Part shown: piece by piece, positions 41,114 to 51,593 of the stretch
Layout: each line of letters begins with the position of its first letter
How positions within the stretch are numbered: the stretch's first letter is position 1
Source of the DNA: Candidatus Methanomethylophilaceae archaeon
Lineage (GTDB): Archaea; Thermoplasmatota; Thermoplasmata; Methanomassiliicoccales; Methanomethylophilaceae
Assembly: GCA_050950505.1 (NCBI GenBank)
Contig: JBMNHS010000001.1
Location: 736,001-800,000, forward strand
Direction: 5' to 3'
Length of the DNA stretch: 64,000 nucleotides
The notes under the pieces: generated by a model
Seen by the model: the letters and a program-made list of their open reading frames with translations, nothing else
Databases searched by the model: none
Told to the model about the DNA's origin: nothing
Position numbers and translations under genes: made by a program

Positions 41114-42445
41114 ATGCCAAAATACGAGGACGTAATTGACTTGTATAGCGACGAGGGAAAAGTTCTTGCGAAAGACATCCCCCTTGAAGCAATCAGTCCG
41201 TTGCGCAACAAAGCCATCCAGAGGATTGCTGACCTTACCAAGAGGACCTGCGCCGTCAACCTCGCCGGAATTGAGAGCTCTCTCAAAACCGGTTCGATGA
41301 TGGGCGGTATGTTGATCAAAGGTAAGGAAATCGACATCCCCTTGGTGAAAAATGCTGATAAGATTGCGAAAGCAGTCAAAGAAATGATTCAGATATCCCC
41401 GGACGACGACACCAAAGTGGAAGTCAAATCCGGAGGAAAGAGCTTGGTCGTTGTATTGCCCGAACAGAGGGCCAACGTAGGTATCGAGTACACAACCGGA
41501 TTCACATCCACCGCTGCTGCCGTTACCGAAGCGATCATAGACGAATTCAACATCCCTATGTACAAGGCCAACATGGTCAAGGGAGCCGTTTGGGGAAGAT
41601 ACCCTCAGACCGTCAACTTTGCAGGATCCAACATCAGATCCATTCTTGAAGTTCCTCAGAACAACGAGGGTGCAGGTTACGCTCTCAGAAACATCATGTC
41701 GAACCACGTTGTAGCGCTTGTTGACAGAAACGCGATGCAGGGAACTGCGCTGTCCTCGATCTTCGAGCAGACCGCAGCTTTCGAGATGGGAGACGCCATC
41801 GGTCCGTTCGAAAGGGGTCACCTCCTCGGACTCGCATACGTAGGTCTCAACGCCAACAACATGCTCTACTCAATAGTCAAGAAGAACGGTAAGACCGGAA
41901 CAGTCGGTACCGTTATCGAATCCATCATGGAAAGGGCCATTGATGACGGTGTCATCTATGTAAAAGAAACCCTCCCGTCCGGATACAAAGTCTACACGAC
42001 CGATGACCTCCCCCTGTGGAACGCCTACGCGGCGGTCGGACAGGTGGCGGCAGTCATGGTGAACGTCGGTGCGGCAAGAGCCGCCCAGGGTGTGCCCTCC
42101 ACAGTTCTGTATTACAACGATCTGCTTGAGCACGAAACCGGACTTCCCAGCGCCGACTACGGCAGGTCTATGGGAGTTACCGTCGGAATGTCATTCTTCT
42201 CTCACTCCATTTACGGAGGAGGAGGACCCGGTCTGTTCCACGGAAACCACGTTGTTACCAGACACTCCAAGGGTGTTCTGATCCCCGCCATCACCGCAGG
42301 TAACTGTCTTGACGGCGGAACGCAGACATTCTCCGCTGAAGCAACGTCCGGAGCCTTCAAAGAAGTTTTCGGTGACTTGGAAGAATTCCGCCGCCCGATA
42401 CAAGTCGTCGCGGCCGAGGCGAAAAAGATAAAGAAGAAGGTCTGA
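41114..42445 (+). CDS. mcrB: Methyl-coenzyme M reductase beta subunit
   Basis: WGRYPQ, GYALRNI and [14 protein letters not shown]. Confidence 0.99.
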   Translation: MPKYEDVIDLYSDEGKVLAKDIPLEAISPLRNKAIQRIADLTKRTCAVNLAGIESSLKTGSMMGGMLIKGKEIDIPLVKNADKIAKAVKEMIQISPDDDTKVEVKSGGKSLVVVLPEQRANVGIEYTTGFTSTAAAVTEAIIDEFNIPMYKANMVKGAVWGRYPQTVNFAGSNIRSILEVPQNNEGAGYALRNIMSNHVVALVDRNAMQGTALSSIFEQTAAFEMGDAIGPFERGHLLGLAYVGLNANNMLYSIVKKNGKTGTVGTVIESIMERAIDDGVIYVKETLPSGYKVYTTDDLPLWNAYAAVGQVAAVMVNVGAARAAQGVPSTVLYYNDLLEHETGLPSADYGRSMGVTVGMSFFSHSIYGGGGPGLFHGNHVVTRHSKGVLIPAITAGNCLDGGTQTFSAEATSGAFKEVFGDLEEFRRPIQVVAAEAKKIKKKV

Positions 42446-42447
42446 AC

Positions 42448-42873
42448 ATGTTGAAACCGCCAGCGGAATATGCCGGAAAGCCACTTCCGGAAGTAAGAAT
42501 AACGACAAACCGTCTTCTCGGCGCTGAGACGACCGAGAAAGTTTTGAACGATTTGAACGAAATCGAGTATATAAGACAGATTCACTTGTCGGGCGAAAGC
42601 CTGCCGAAGACAATCAACAGCGGTCCCAACAAGGGGCTCGACAACAATCACACGCAACGCCGCATGATTACGGTTTGCGGAAAAGAGATGGAACTCCGCC
42701 ACATGGTCGGTTCTTTCTACATCGAGCTCAATGTTGAGAACGAGGAAATGCTCGAAGAGACCGCTGGAAAAATCAAGGAAGTTTTCGATGCCAACATAGA
42801 GCACGGATTCACGCTTGATATCGGTAGATACTCAAAATACAGACCTTCTTTAAGAGACTATAGAGGTGTTTAA
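42448..42873 (+). CDS. mcrD: MCR operon protein D
   Basis: RLL..ETTEK.LN and GESLP....GP; lies between mcrB and mcrG. Confidence 0.95.
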   Translation: MLKPPAEYAGKPLPEVRITTNRLLGAETTEKVLNDLNEIEYIRQIHLSGESLPKTINSGPNKGLDNNHTQRRMITVCGKEMELRHMVGSFYIELNVENEEMLEETAGKIKEVFDANIEHGFTLDIGRYSKYRPSLRDYRGV

Positions 42874-42875
42874 AT

Positions 42876-43652
42876 ATGTCATCATACAAAAGACAGTTCT
42901 ACCCCGGACAGAGTGACCCTGCAGTCGCAAGGCGCAGGATTATGGATCCCAAGGTAAAACTGAAGCAACTTCGCGATGTGCCCATGGAGGACGTCGTGAA
43001 ACTTATGGGACACCGCAACCCCGGAGAAGACTACAAGTCTATTCACCCCCCGATTGAGGAGGGCTCCGAACCCGACTGTCCTATCAGAAAATTGGTTACC
43101 CCCATCGACGGCGCCAAAGCCGGAGACAGAATCAGGTACATTCAGTTCACTGATTCCGTTTACTTCGCACCCGTGTCCCCTTACCAGAGGGCATGGATGT
43201 ATCTGTCCAGACACAGAGGTATCGATACCGGTACACTGTCCGGAAGGCAGATTATCGAAGTCAGGGAAAGAGACCTTGAAAAACTCGCAAAAGAATACAT
43301 CGACAACGAAACCTTCGACTCCGCACTTACCGGAATCAGGGGTGCGACTGTTCACGGACACGCCTGCCGTCTCGATGAGAACGGACTTATGTTCGACGCA
43401 TGGCAGAGATACGTCTGGGACGACGAGAAGAAAGAAGTTGTCTATGTGAAAGACCAGGTGGCTTTGCCCCTCGACACGAAGATTTCCGTCGGTAAACCCG
43501 CAAGCATGGAGGATGTCAAGAAGAGATCCACCATCTTCAGGGCAGACGGAGTCGACATGAGGGACGACAAAGAAGTCACCATGTACCAGCACAGAATCCA
43601 CTTGCTCAGAACATTGGGCGGATTCCAGCCCTTCAAGTTTAAGGGGGAGTAA
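42876..43652 (+). CDS. mcrG: Methyl-coenzyme M reductase gamma subunit
   Basis: QFYPG, GTLSGRQ and RGATVHGH. Confidence 0.99.
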   Translation: MSSYKRQFYPGQSDPAVARRRIMDPKVKLKQLRDVPMEDVVKLMGHRNPGEDYKSIHPPIEEGSEPDCPIRKLVTPIDGAKAGDRIRYIQFTDSVYFAPVSPYQRAWMYLSRHRGIDTGTLSGRQIIEVRERDLEKLAKEYIDNETFDSALTGIRGATVHGHACRLDENGLMFDAWQRYVWDDEKKEVVYVKDQVALPLDTKISVGKPASMEDVKKRSTIFRADGVDMRDDKEVTMYQHRIHLLRTLGGFQPFKFKGE

Positions 43653-43655
43653 GTA

Positions 43656-45314
43656 ATGGCAGACAAAGACAAAAAGTTCATGGAAGCAGTCTCTAAGAAA
43701 TTCGAAGAGGCTCCTACCGAAGTATCCACGAGCTACTATAAATTCGGCGGTTACAAACAGTCGAAGAGCAAAGTAGCGTTCCAGGATGCAGCAATGAAAA
43801 TTGCCGAAGAACGCGGTTTCCCCATGATGAATGAGGACATCGGAGTTCCCCTGGGACAGAGGTCCTGGATGCCCTACCAGCTGTCGCACACCGACATCTT
43901 CGTAGAGCCCGACGACCTTCACTGCATAAACAACCCTGCTATCCAGCAGGCCTGGGATGATATCAGAAGGACCATCATAGTCGGTCTGGACTCGCCCCAC
44001 AACACCATCGAGAGAAGGCTCGGTAAGGAAATTACCCCCGAGACCATCAACACCTACCTTGAAACCGTCAATCACACCATGCCCGGTGGAGCGGTTGTTC
44101 AGGAACACATGGCAGAATGTAACCCCGCGTTGGTTTACGACTCCTATGTCAAGGTGTTCTCCGGTGACGATGAAATCATCGATGAAATCGACAACAGATT
44201 CGTTATCGACATCAACAAGCTGTTCCCTGAAGACCAGGCAAAACAGCTTAAAGATGCGATCGGCAACAAGATGATGCAGGCTGTCCGCGTCCCCACCATT
44301 GTCGGCAGGGTCATGGACGGTGCGACCACATCCAGGCACGCAGCCATGCAGATTTCGATGGCTTTCATTTCCGCCTACAAACTGGCGGCAGGTGAAGCGG
44401 CCATCGCGGACTTCGCATATGCGGCCAAGCACCAGTCGATTTCCATGGGTACCATGATGCCCGCAAGACGTGCAAGAGGACCCAACGAACCCGGTGGAAT
44501 ACCCTTCGGATTCATGGCAGATGTCGCTCAGTCCGACCGTGCTTACCCCGATGACCCCGGCCGTGCGGCTCTTGAAGCCGTTGCGCTCGGTGCAATCATC
44601 TACGATCAGATCTACCTCGGAGGATACATGTCCGGAGGTGTCGGTTTCACACAGTACGCAACCGCGGCTTACACCGATAACATCCTTGAAGACTACGTAT
44701 ACTACGCGATTGACCAGATCGAGAGCAAATACGGCGGTCTGTGCAAACTTGACCCCAAGGACTCGGAAGCCGTCATGAGCCTCGCTGAGGACATCAACGG
44801 TTACGCACTCTCGTCCTACGAGAAGTACCCCGCAGTCATGGAAACCCACTTCGGAGGTTCGCAGAGATCCACCGTTGCCGCGGCATCTACCGGTATCGCG
44901 GGATCCATGGCAACAGGTATCGCCGATGTCGGTGTCAACTGCTGGTATTACTCCATGCTCGAGCACAAGGAGAGGCTCGGAAGACTCGGATTCTACGGAT
45001 TCGACCTTCAGGACCAGTGCGGTTCCGCCAACTCCTTCGCTTACAGATCTGACGAAGGTCTGCCCATGGAAGCCCGTGGACCCAACTATCCCAACTATGC
45101 AATGAACGTCGGTCACATGTCCGGTTACACCGGAATCCCCAAGGCAGCCCACGCAGCCCGCGGAGATGCCTTCACGGCCAACCCGTTCATACGCGTCGCT
45201 TTCGCCGACCCCTCGCTCCAGTTCGACTTCGCAAACATTACGAAGGAGATCGGTCGCGGCGGTCTCAGGGAATTCGTCCCTGCCGGTGAAAGAACTGCAG
45301 TCATCAAGGGATGA
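43656..45314 (+). CDS. mcrA: Methyl-coenzyme M reductase alpha subunit
   Basis: [36 protein letters not shown] and NYAMNVGH. Confidence 0.99.
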   Translation: MADKDKKFMEAVSKKFEEAPTEVSTSYYKFGGYKQSKSKVAFQDAAMKIAEERGFPMMNEDIGVPLGQRSWMPYQLSHTDIFVEPDDLHCINNPAIQQAWDDIRRTIIVGLDSPHNTIERRLGKEITPETINTYLETVNHTMPGGAVVQEHMAECNPALVYDSYVKVFSGDDEIIDEIDNRFVIDINKLFPEDQAKQLKDAIGNKMMQAVRVPTIVGRVMDGATTSRHAAMQISMAFISAYKLAAGEAAIADFAYAAKHQSISMGTMMPARRARGPNEPGGIPFGFMADVAQSDRAYPDDPGRAALEAVALGAIIYDQIYLGGYMSGGVGFTQYATAAYTDNILEDYVYYAIDQIESKYGGLCKLDPKDSEAVMSLAEDINGYALSSYEKYPAVMETHFGGSQRSTVAAASTGIAGSMATGIADVGVNCWYYSMLEHKERLGRLGFYGFDLQDQCGSANSFAYRSDEGLPMEARGPNYPNYAMNVGHMSGYTGIPKAAHAARGDAFTANPFIRVAFADPSLQFDFANITKEIGRGGLREFVPAGERTAVIKG

Positions 45315-45318
45315 TCGC

Positions 45319-45597
45319 GTGAAAGTAGGCGACATAGCGAAGTATGTGCCGACCTCAACGGTGGGCAAGGTGACGGAAGTCAGGGAAAGAGACGGCAAAA
45401 CGTGGATTAAACTGGACTTTACCGGTTTGTTCTACGACTTGAACAGTCTTGAACCGGCCGCCGAATCCGAATATACTCCTGTCGCTTACAAAGATCGCGA
45501 AAAGAGGTTCGAAGGCAAAATGCAGTCCGTCAAGGACATAGAGGACACGGCCCGCGAGGTCGACATCTCTGAGTACATGCCTTCGGGCGGCGGTTAA
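45319..45597 (+). CDS. DUF2098-family protein
   Basis: GTG 5 nt after mcrA; SH3-like KVGD.AKY..TSTVGKV..L.Y and C-terminal GGG. Confidence 0.75.
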   Translation: MKVGDIAKYVPTSTVGKVTEVRERDGKTWIKLDFTGLFYDLNSLEPAAESEYTPVAYKDREKRFEGKMQSVKDIEDTAREVDISEYMPSGGG

Positions 45598-45630
45598 ACC
45601 CTTTACCCAAACTTTCTTTTTTTTTATTCT
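45598..45630 (+). terminator. Pyrimidine/U-rich terminator of the mcr operon
   Basis: ACCCTTTACCCAAACTTTC followed by a T run directly after the stop. Confidence 0.65.
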
Positions 45631-45645
45631 AAACAAAAAGCGTGA

Positions 45646-47031
45646 TTATTTCCTCTTTTTGTAGAGCTCATTCATATCCACCAGAGTTAATTTTTCATCT
45701 CTGGCACTTTTAATAAGATTCTCTTCGAACCCGGATAACGAGAATAGAATGCAACTCCGTTTTGTATACCCCTTTACAAAGGATGCCGCTCTTTTCAAAT
45801 TATCCAGATCTTTCACACACATCGGAGAAGATTTGAAGTTACAGCTGCCGAACAACACGTTGGAAGCAATATCGATTCCGTCAATCGCGACAATATCAAT
45901 TTCAATATCGGTTTTCAGTTCAGAATCGGGTCCCCACCATTTGCCTATTGTACGGTATTCTGTGTTCATTGTCACATACTGTTTACAGATTTCTTCGAAC
46001 TGTTTGCCCATAAATCCCGGAAGCATTTTTTCAATTTTTTCATATGCACTCTCTGAATCATGTGTCCGTATGTACGGGAGAACCTTATCCAAAACACCAT
46101 ACCTGAATCTGAAGAGGCCATCATTCAATTCATAAACGTCCCTTCTGCGAGAATTGGACATCGGAACTTCTCTTCTGACAATTCCGACAGACATCAGTAG
46201 CGATATGTTGTTTGAGCAGGTCCCTTTCTCTATTCCGGTGGCTTCGGAAATTTCTTTGATTTGAGTTTTTCCGTTGGCCAGTGCAGAGATTATTGACATG
46301 GGTATTGATGAATTTGTAAACTCTTGTCGTATGAGGTTTGCGGATTCTTCCAATAAACCCGACGAAGGCAGAAGGAAATTTTCTATCAAAGACTCTTTAA
46401 ACGTATCATGCTGCGAAAGCCATTTTAGATAAAGAGGAATTCCGCCGGATATAGCGAAATACGTGGCGCATTCAATATTCTCAATTTTCGGAAAGAATTC
46501 GCAGGATTGTATGTAACTCAGAGGCTCTAATTTCATTTGGCGACTGAACCGTCCAAAAAGAGGCATTTGTTTTCCGTTGAGGATATAGTGCATCATTCTG
46601 ATTGAAGATCCGCATAAAATTACGGTCAAATTTAATTCGGCAAAGTTGTGGTCCATGTATTTTTGAAACAAAGATGGGAAATACGGAACGGCATTAACCA
46701 GAAAAGGAAATTCATCGATTATTAATACGGTATTTTCTTCTTTGCAGGCCTTTACAGTGATGTCCAACGCATCTTTGAAACTTGTTAATTCTCCAAAAAA
46801 AGCATCAGGGAATGTTGATTGCAGAGACGCTGAGTAATTTTGCAGGTTAATTTTTTCACTGACTTCATTGCCTGTAATAAATATATTTTTCTTTACAGAA
46901 TTCAATCAACAGGGAAGTTTTACCGACTATTCTTCTTCTTCTTCTTCCGCATATGGCGATACTTTTCAGCCCTTCCCTATTGTATAACGTCTCCAATTCA
47001 CTCAATTCATGTTCTCGGCCTATGAGAACAT
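45646..47031 (-). pseudogene. Frameshifted archaeal AAA ATPase with C-terminal DUF234-like nuclease-fold domain
   Basis: The N-terminus IGREHEL..GRRRRRIVGKT is in a different frame from the main ORF (IIDEFP, GGIP.YL, WW..EIDIV). The shift is near 46885. Confidence 0.85.
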
Positions 47032-47051
47032 ATGGTATCAATATCTTCTTT

Positions 47052-47079
47052 ATGTTATTAGAACAATGTTATTAGAACA
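47052..47079. repeat. 14-bp tandem repeat x2
   Basis: ATGTTATTAGAACA ATGTTATTAGAACA. Confidence 0.85.
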
Positions 47080-47225
47080 TTGTAAAGTTTTATATTAAAA
47101 AACTTTTGTTGTAAAACTTTAATATAATCCTGATTAATTTCAATTTATAGAGTTTATTATAAATATCTATAAACCTGGGCGCATATTAAACGGAGTTAAG
47201 TCAACATCAAGGTTAAGGAATAAAG

Positions 47226-47832
47226 ATGTAAAAAAGCAATTTTATTCTCATTACGACACTTGCCGTTTCGTTAATGTTATCGATTCCTTTAGCCTTCGGT
47301 ATGGCAACAGTAACTATTAATGATAATTTTGTTTAGCTTAGGGAAAGTGCCACCGGCGGTTTGGAGATGGAGGCGGCGGAGGCGGATTTTAATATATTTA
47401 TATCTCCTGATAAAATTGGAGAATACCCTGTATTCAGCTTCCATCATAAAGGATGAAGACAATAATTTAATTCCGTCGACATGGTTTATGGATGATCGTA
47501 CAGTAGATTTCCAGGTCACAGTACCCCGGGGTGTGAAATCCGTATTGTATGCACATATCTACAAAGGCGGTGTTGCCAATACAACTGATATTACTATTGA
47601 TATCAATATAAACGGAAATGATTTTTCGGTCCATGTTACTGCTTCTGGCTCATATGGAGATAGTGAAGGCTATTACTCTGTAATGCCCACTGAAGATGGT
47701 CCAGTGATGAAAAAAATTGAATTAGCTGCATTAAAAGCAGATGATTTTATGTCCTGTGATGAAGGTGAAGCCTTATTGAATATTTCCGGGGAACGAGCGG
47801 GGACTACTTTTACCAAAATTGAACTTGCCTAG
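47226..47832 (+). pseudogene. Decayed secreted protein gene
   Basis: ATG-TAA, then a signal-peptide-like KSNFILITTLAVSLMLSIPLAFG, an in-frame TAG and a frameshift into the 47320-47832 frame. Confidence 0.6.
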
Positions 47833-47872
47833 TATTCTTAGACCGATTTGTATACACCCTGTAATTTTTTTA

Positions 47873-47901
47873 TTATGTAAAAATTGTAGTCGTACTGCAA
47901 T
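47873..47901. repeat. Palindromic 29-bp site, copy 1
   Basis: TTATGTAAAAATTGTAG-TCGT-ACTGCAAT; 24/29 identical to 49183-49211. Confidence 0.75.
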
Positions 47902-47931
47902 AATTACAAATAGATACACGTCAATATTTAG

Positions 47932-49167
47932 GTGATGATTGATCGAACTGTCTTAAAGACCGTAGAAGAAAGCATTCGTTTGAAGCCGGTGACTTTAATA
48001 ACAGGTGCCCGACAGGTTGGCAAAACAATATTATGTAAACACATAGCGGAAAAGCACGGTTTCAGTTATGTTTCTTTAATCGACAGATCTGAACGGGCAA
48101 TGGCTACTAAAGATCCGGACATGTTCCTCAGCATCCATAAATCTCCTTTGATAATAGACGAAGTGCAGTATGCACCTGAGTTGTTGGATTCAATAGAAGC
48201 CATTGTTGACAAAGCGAAATATGACACGGGACACAACGAAGGGATGTACATACTTGCAGGAAGTCAGGTGTATAATCTGATGGACGGTGTAACCCAATCG
48301 ATGGCAGGCCGAATATCGATAATCGACATGTCTCCTTTGAGTATGAATGAAATTTTATCCAGGGATGAAACTCCTTTCGAAGTAAATTTTAAAGAAAACA
48401 TCAGGAAATCCATGGAAGTCAGCCTTTCTGTCGAAGAAGTTTATAAAATGGTTATACGTGGAAATTATCCCGAATTATATGAAAAACCCAGTATCAAAAC
48501 CAACAAATTCTACTCGGACTATGTGGATTCGTATATCAGCAGGGACGTTTCACAGATAATAAATCTGAAGGATCAAAACAAATTTATGGAATTTCTTGAA
48601 CTCATGAGTTCTTTAACAGGCCAGGAATTGGTTTATAACAACGTGGCAAAGACGTTAGGCGTTAACATACGAACCATACAGTCTTGGACCGGAGTACTGG
48701 TTGCCGGAGGGATAATTCGATTGATACGGGCGTATTCCGAACGTTCCACAGTTAAACGAATAGTGCGTCATCCGAAAATGTATTTCTGTGACACCGGTTT
48801 AGCGTGTTATTTGGCTAAAATTTTCGATTACAGGACACTGATGGCCGGATACCTCAAAGGCCCTATGATTGAAACCTTTATAGTGAATGAGATTTTGAAA
48901 TCATACAAGAACAATTCGGAAGAAGCGGGATTCTTCCATTATCGTGATTCCCAGATAAACGAAATCGATCTTATCATTCTCAGAGACGGTAAATTAACTC
49001 CGGTCGAATGCAAAGCCGGAATTACTTACGGTTCTTCTGACATCAAAGCATTTGCAAGATTAGAGAATTCCGATTACGAAATAGGGCCGTCCTGTTTGAT
49101 TTGTCTTACTGAAAAAGCTTACCCTATACGGGATGGAGTTTATGCTCTTCCAATAACTTCGATTTGA
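47932..49167 (+). CDS. AAA+ ATPase (AAA_14 + DUF4143)
   Basis: GARQVGKT, IIDEVQ, GNYPE, PKMYFCDTG and EIDL...ECK. Confidence 0.9.
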   Translation: MMIDRTVLKTVEESIRLKPVTLITGARQVGKTILCKHIAEKHGFSYVSLIDRSERAMATKDPDMFLSIHKSPLIIDEVQYAPELLDSIEAIVDKAKYDTGHNEGMYILAGSQVYNLMDGVTQSMAGRISIIDMSPLSMNEILSRDETPFEVNFKENIRKSMEVSLSVEEVYKMVIRGNYPELYEKPSIKTNKFYSDYVDSYISRDVSQIINLKDQNKFMEFLELMSSLTGQELVYNNVAKTLGVNIRTIQSWTGVLVAGGIIRLIRAYSERSTVKRIVRHPKMYFCDTGLACYLAKIFDYRTLMAGYLKGPMIETFIVNEILKSYKNNSEEAGFFHYRDSQINEIDLIILRDGKLTPVECKAGITYGSSDIKAFARLENSDYEIGPSCLICLTEKAYPIRDGVYALPITSI

Positions 49168-49182
49168 TTGAGCCAGCAATAC

Positions 49183-49211
49183 TTATGTCAAAATTGTAGC
49201 ACAACTGCAAT
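49183..49211. repeat. Palindromic 29-bp site, copy 2
   Basis: TTATGTCAAAATTGTAG-CACA-ACTGCAAT. Confidence 0.75.
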
Positions 49212-49307
49212 TTTTTTGTAATATTTACTTTCACATGGATTCCAAAGTGGCCGACTTACGTGATAACCGCGATAGCCAGGGCTGTGCCGTGCTGCGCACG
49301 GGCCTGT

Positions 49308-50054
49308 TCAGAAACCCAGAAGGAACCTGATCTCCACGCCTAATACGTTGAGAATACCGAAGATGTTTTCTCTCAGACCGGGTGGTCCGCTGAATCTCAT
49401 CGCATCACCGTCGCGGTCGTACTCCACGATGCCGTTGTCCAACTCGTCAATGACTTTGTTTGCGGTCATCTTCCGAAGCACCGAATCCATAACATTGCTG
49501 AGCATGGTCGCAAGCGACACCACCGTCACCATGGCATCCTGTCTTCTGTGAAGATGCAGATACACATGATTCACACCCATACCGGACTTCATTATCCTGA
49601 AGTTCTTTTCGCTGTGATACTGTCCCAAATATACGTCCACAACCTTGTCGGCCGTCGCACCTTTGCGAAGATCTTCCCCGTCTTCGACGGCGAAGGGAAG
49701 GTTAGTCACCAGTACCCGTATTGAAAATCTCTCTGCGGCTTCGGCAATCTTGTCCTCAACGATCGAAACCGTACCTGTACGTCCCCGCCAATGAGGACCG
49801 TCCGGATCCTTCTTCATCAACCTTGGATCTTCCGAGAATGTCACATCCGTACGGTAAGCGCCGCAGTATTCGTTCATCATCTCATCGAAAGCCTTGCGCG
49901 CATCGTCTTCGCAGAAAAATTTTCTGCTCTTGAATTTGGATATGCGTTTCGTTGCCGCTTCAAATCCTCCGTTCCTGAGATATTCCGAAGATTCCTCTAT
50001 GCTTCCGGACAGTCTGAATAAAAAGGTGAAGTTTGCCCCGAGGGCTGTTTTCAT
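49308..50054 (-). mobile_element. IS1634-family transposase remnant (C-terminal part)
   Basis: FFCEDDA, LVTNL and Y.GQ..SEKNFR.MKS..VYLH. The N-terminal catalytic region is missing. Confidence 0.75.
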
Positions 50055-51376
50055 ATCCCCAGTATCCAGGTGGCCATTGCGAAGTAAATGAACACTCCGC
50101 TGATATCGGCGATGGAAGTGACCAAAGGCCCGCTTGCCGTTGCCGGATCGATCTTCAGCCGAGACATCACAAAGGGGAGCGTCAGACCTATGAGGGATCC
50201 CACCAGAACCACCACTATCATGGTAAGTGACACTATCAGAGCGACTTCGGGACCTCCGCGGACGAGACCCAGTACAGAAACTGCAATGGCCATTGTGCAA
50301 CCCATCAACACAGCAACGGCGGCTTCGCGGCCGACAAGCCGCAACCAATCCTTGGAGCCCACATCACCGGTGGCCATGGCTCTGATGACCAGGGTGGATG
50401 ACTGGGTTCCCGCATTGCCGCCGCTGTCAATGAGCAGCGGCAGAAAGAAAACCAAAGCAATGACCGAAGTTATCGTTTCTTCGAAAAGTGCGATTCCCGC
50501 ACCGGAAAAAATATTGACGAAGACCAACACCAGCAGCCAGGGTAAACGGGCCTTGTACAACATTTTTATGCTGGCACCCTTGATGTTGGTCTTGACGGAA
50601 CCCACCAGGGCGGAACGGTGAATGTCCGCGGTGGTATCCTCTTCCATTATGTCCAAGGCGTCGTCGAAAGTAATGGCCCCCACCAGACGTCCTTCGGAAT
50701 CCACCACCGCCAATGCGGGAATGTCTTCCTCCATGATGAGATCGATGGCCTCGGAACGCGGACTGCGGGTACGGGCGAAAATGTCCTTTCCCGTTACCAA
50801 ATCCGTAATCGGCGTATCCGGTGTGGATTTAATCAGTTGTCCCAAGCGTATGTAACCGAGGTAATGCCGCTCACGGTCGATGACGAAAATACTCTCCATT
50901 TCATCCGGTCGCAGAGTGGATCGGTGCAGACCGTGGAGAACATCTTCAACAGTCTGGCTCTCTCTGACCGCCATATAGCGGGGACTCATGACCCTTCCGG
51001 AGCATCCTTCGGGATATCCAAGAAGAAGATTGACGGCATCACGGGCCTCAGGGCTCATGTTCGTCAGTAAACGTTTGGCGACATTGGCGGGAAGTTCCTC
51101 GAACAGACGGACGTGATCGTCAGGGTCCAAATGTCTCAGGAGGCGAAGAATTTCAGGATCTTCCATGGAAGACACAAGCAGGGCCTGTTGATCCACATCA
51201 AGATCTTCGAACACTTCGGCGGCCATATCTTTGTTCAAAAGACGGAAGGCAATTACCTTATCCACCGCTACCAAACCGGAAATCAGCTTACGGATGGCAA
51301 CATCGTCCATGCCGGCCAGAAGAGTGCTGAGTTCGTCCAACCGTTCATCCTCAATCATCTTCTGAACTTCTTTCAC
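50051..51376 (-). CDS. mgtE: Magnesium transporter MgtE
   Basis: N-domain, CBS pair, RLPWL, GGNAGTQ and DPA.ASGPLVTSIAD. Confidence 0.96.
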   Translation of the reverse strand: MKEVQKMIEDERLDELSTLLAGMDDVAIRKLISGLVAVDKVIAFRLLNKDMAAEVFEDLDVDQQALLVSSMEDPEILRLLRHLDPDDHVRLFEELPANVAKRLLTNMSPEARDAVNLLLGYPEGCSGRVMSPRYMAVRESQTVEDVLHGLHRSTLRPDEMESIFVIDRERHYLGYIRLGQLIKSTPDTPITDLVTGKDIFARTRSPRSEAIDLIMEEDIPALAVVDSEGRLVGAITFDDALDIMEEDTTADIHRSALVGSVKTNIKGASIKMLYKARLPWLLVLVFVNIFSGAGIALFEETITSVIALVFFLPLLIDSGGNAGTQSSTLVIRAMATGDVGSKDWLRLVGREAAVAVLMGCTMAIAVSVLGLVRGGPEVALIVSLTMIVVVLVGSLIGLTLPFVMSRLKIDPATASGPLVTSIADISGVFIYFAMATWILGI

Positions 51377-51593
51377 AATATCACCATTCCCCCCATAAGG
51401 GTCTTTTCAGCGGGGTATGGCACAGGATTCATTTCATTGTATCCCATGTTTTCAATCATAACTGAAGATTCGAAGAAGCGGGTCGGAGCATTTCAACGGA
51501 TGTCGCCCCGTCCGGTTTAAAATTCTCGGAAATATCCGATCCGCATAACCGGTCCGACGGCGGTTATTTCTATATCGTAATCGATGCAGTACC

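Noticed and set aside
43656-45314. Possible alkyl-CoM reductase or divergent MCR
   Set aside because: The active-site motifs are canonical ([24 protein letters not shown], and McrB SIYGGGG).
42882-45398. 838-aa antisense ORF over mcrG/mcrA
   Set aside because: It is a shadow of strong codon bias in highly expressed genes and has no recognisable motifs. The same applies to the long antisense ORFs over GGR, serS, sufB, the RecJ-like gene and mmp15.
47226-47450. In-frame TAG as a functional pyrrolysine codon
   Set aside because: The same frame has TAA at codon 2 and a later frameshift, so decay is the simpler explanation.
50055-50348. N-terminal extension of the transposase ORF
   Set aside because: It is an alternative-frame overlap with the mgtE 3' end and is not transposase-like.
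51377-51590. M-box riboswitch upstream of mgtE
   Set aside because: I could not match the consensus, and only weak hairpins are present. An Rfam scan would settle it.
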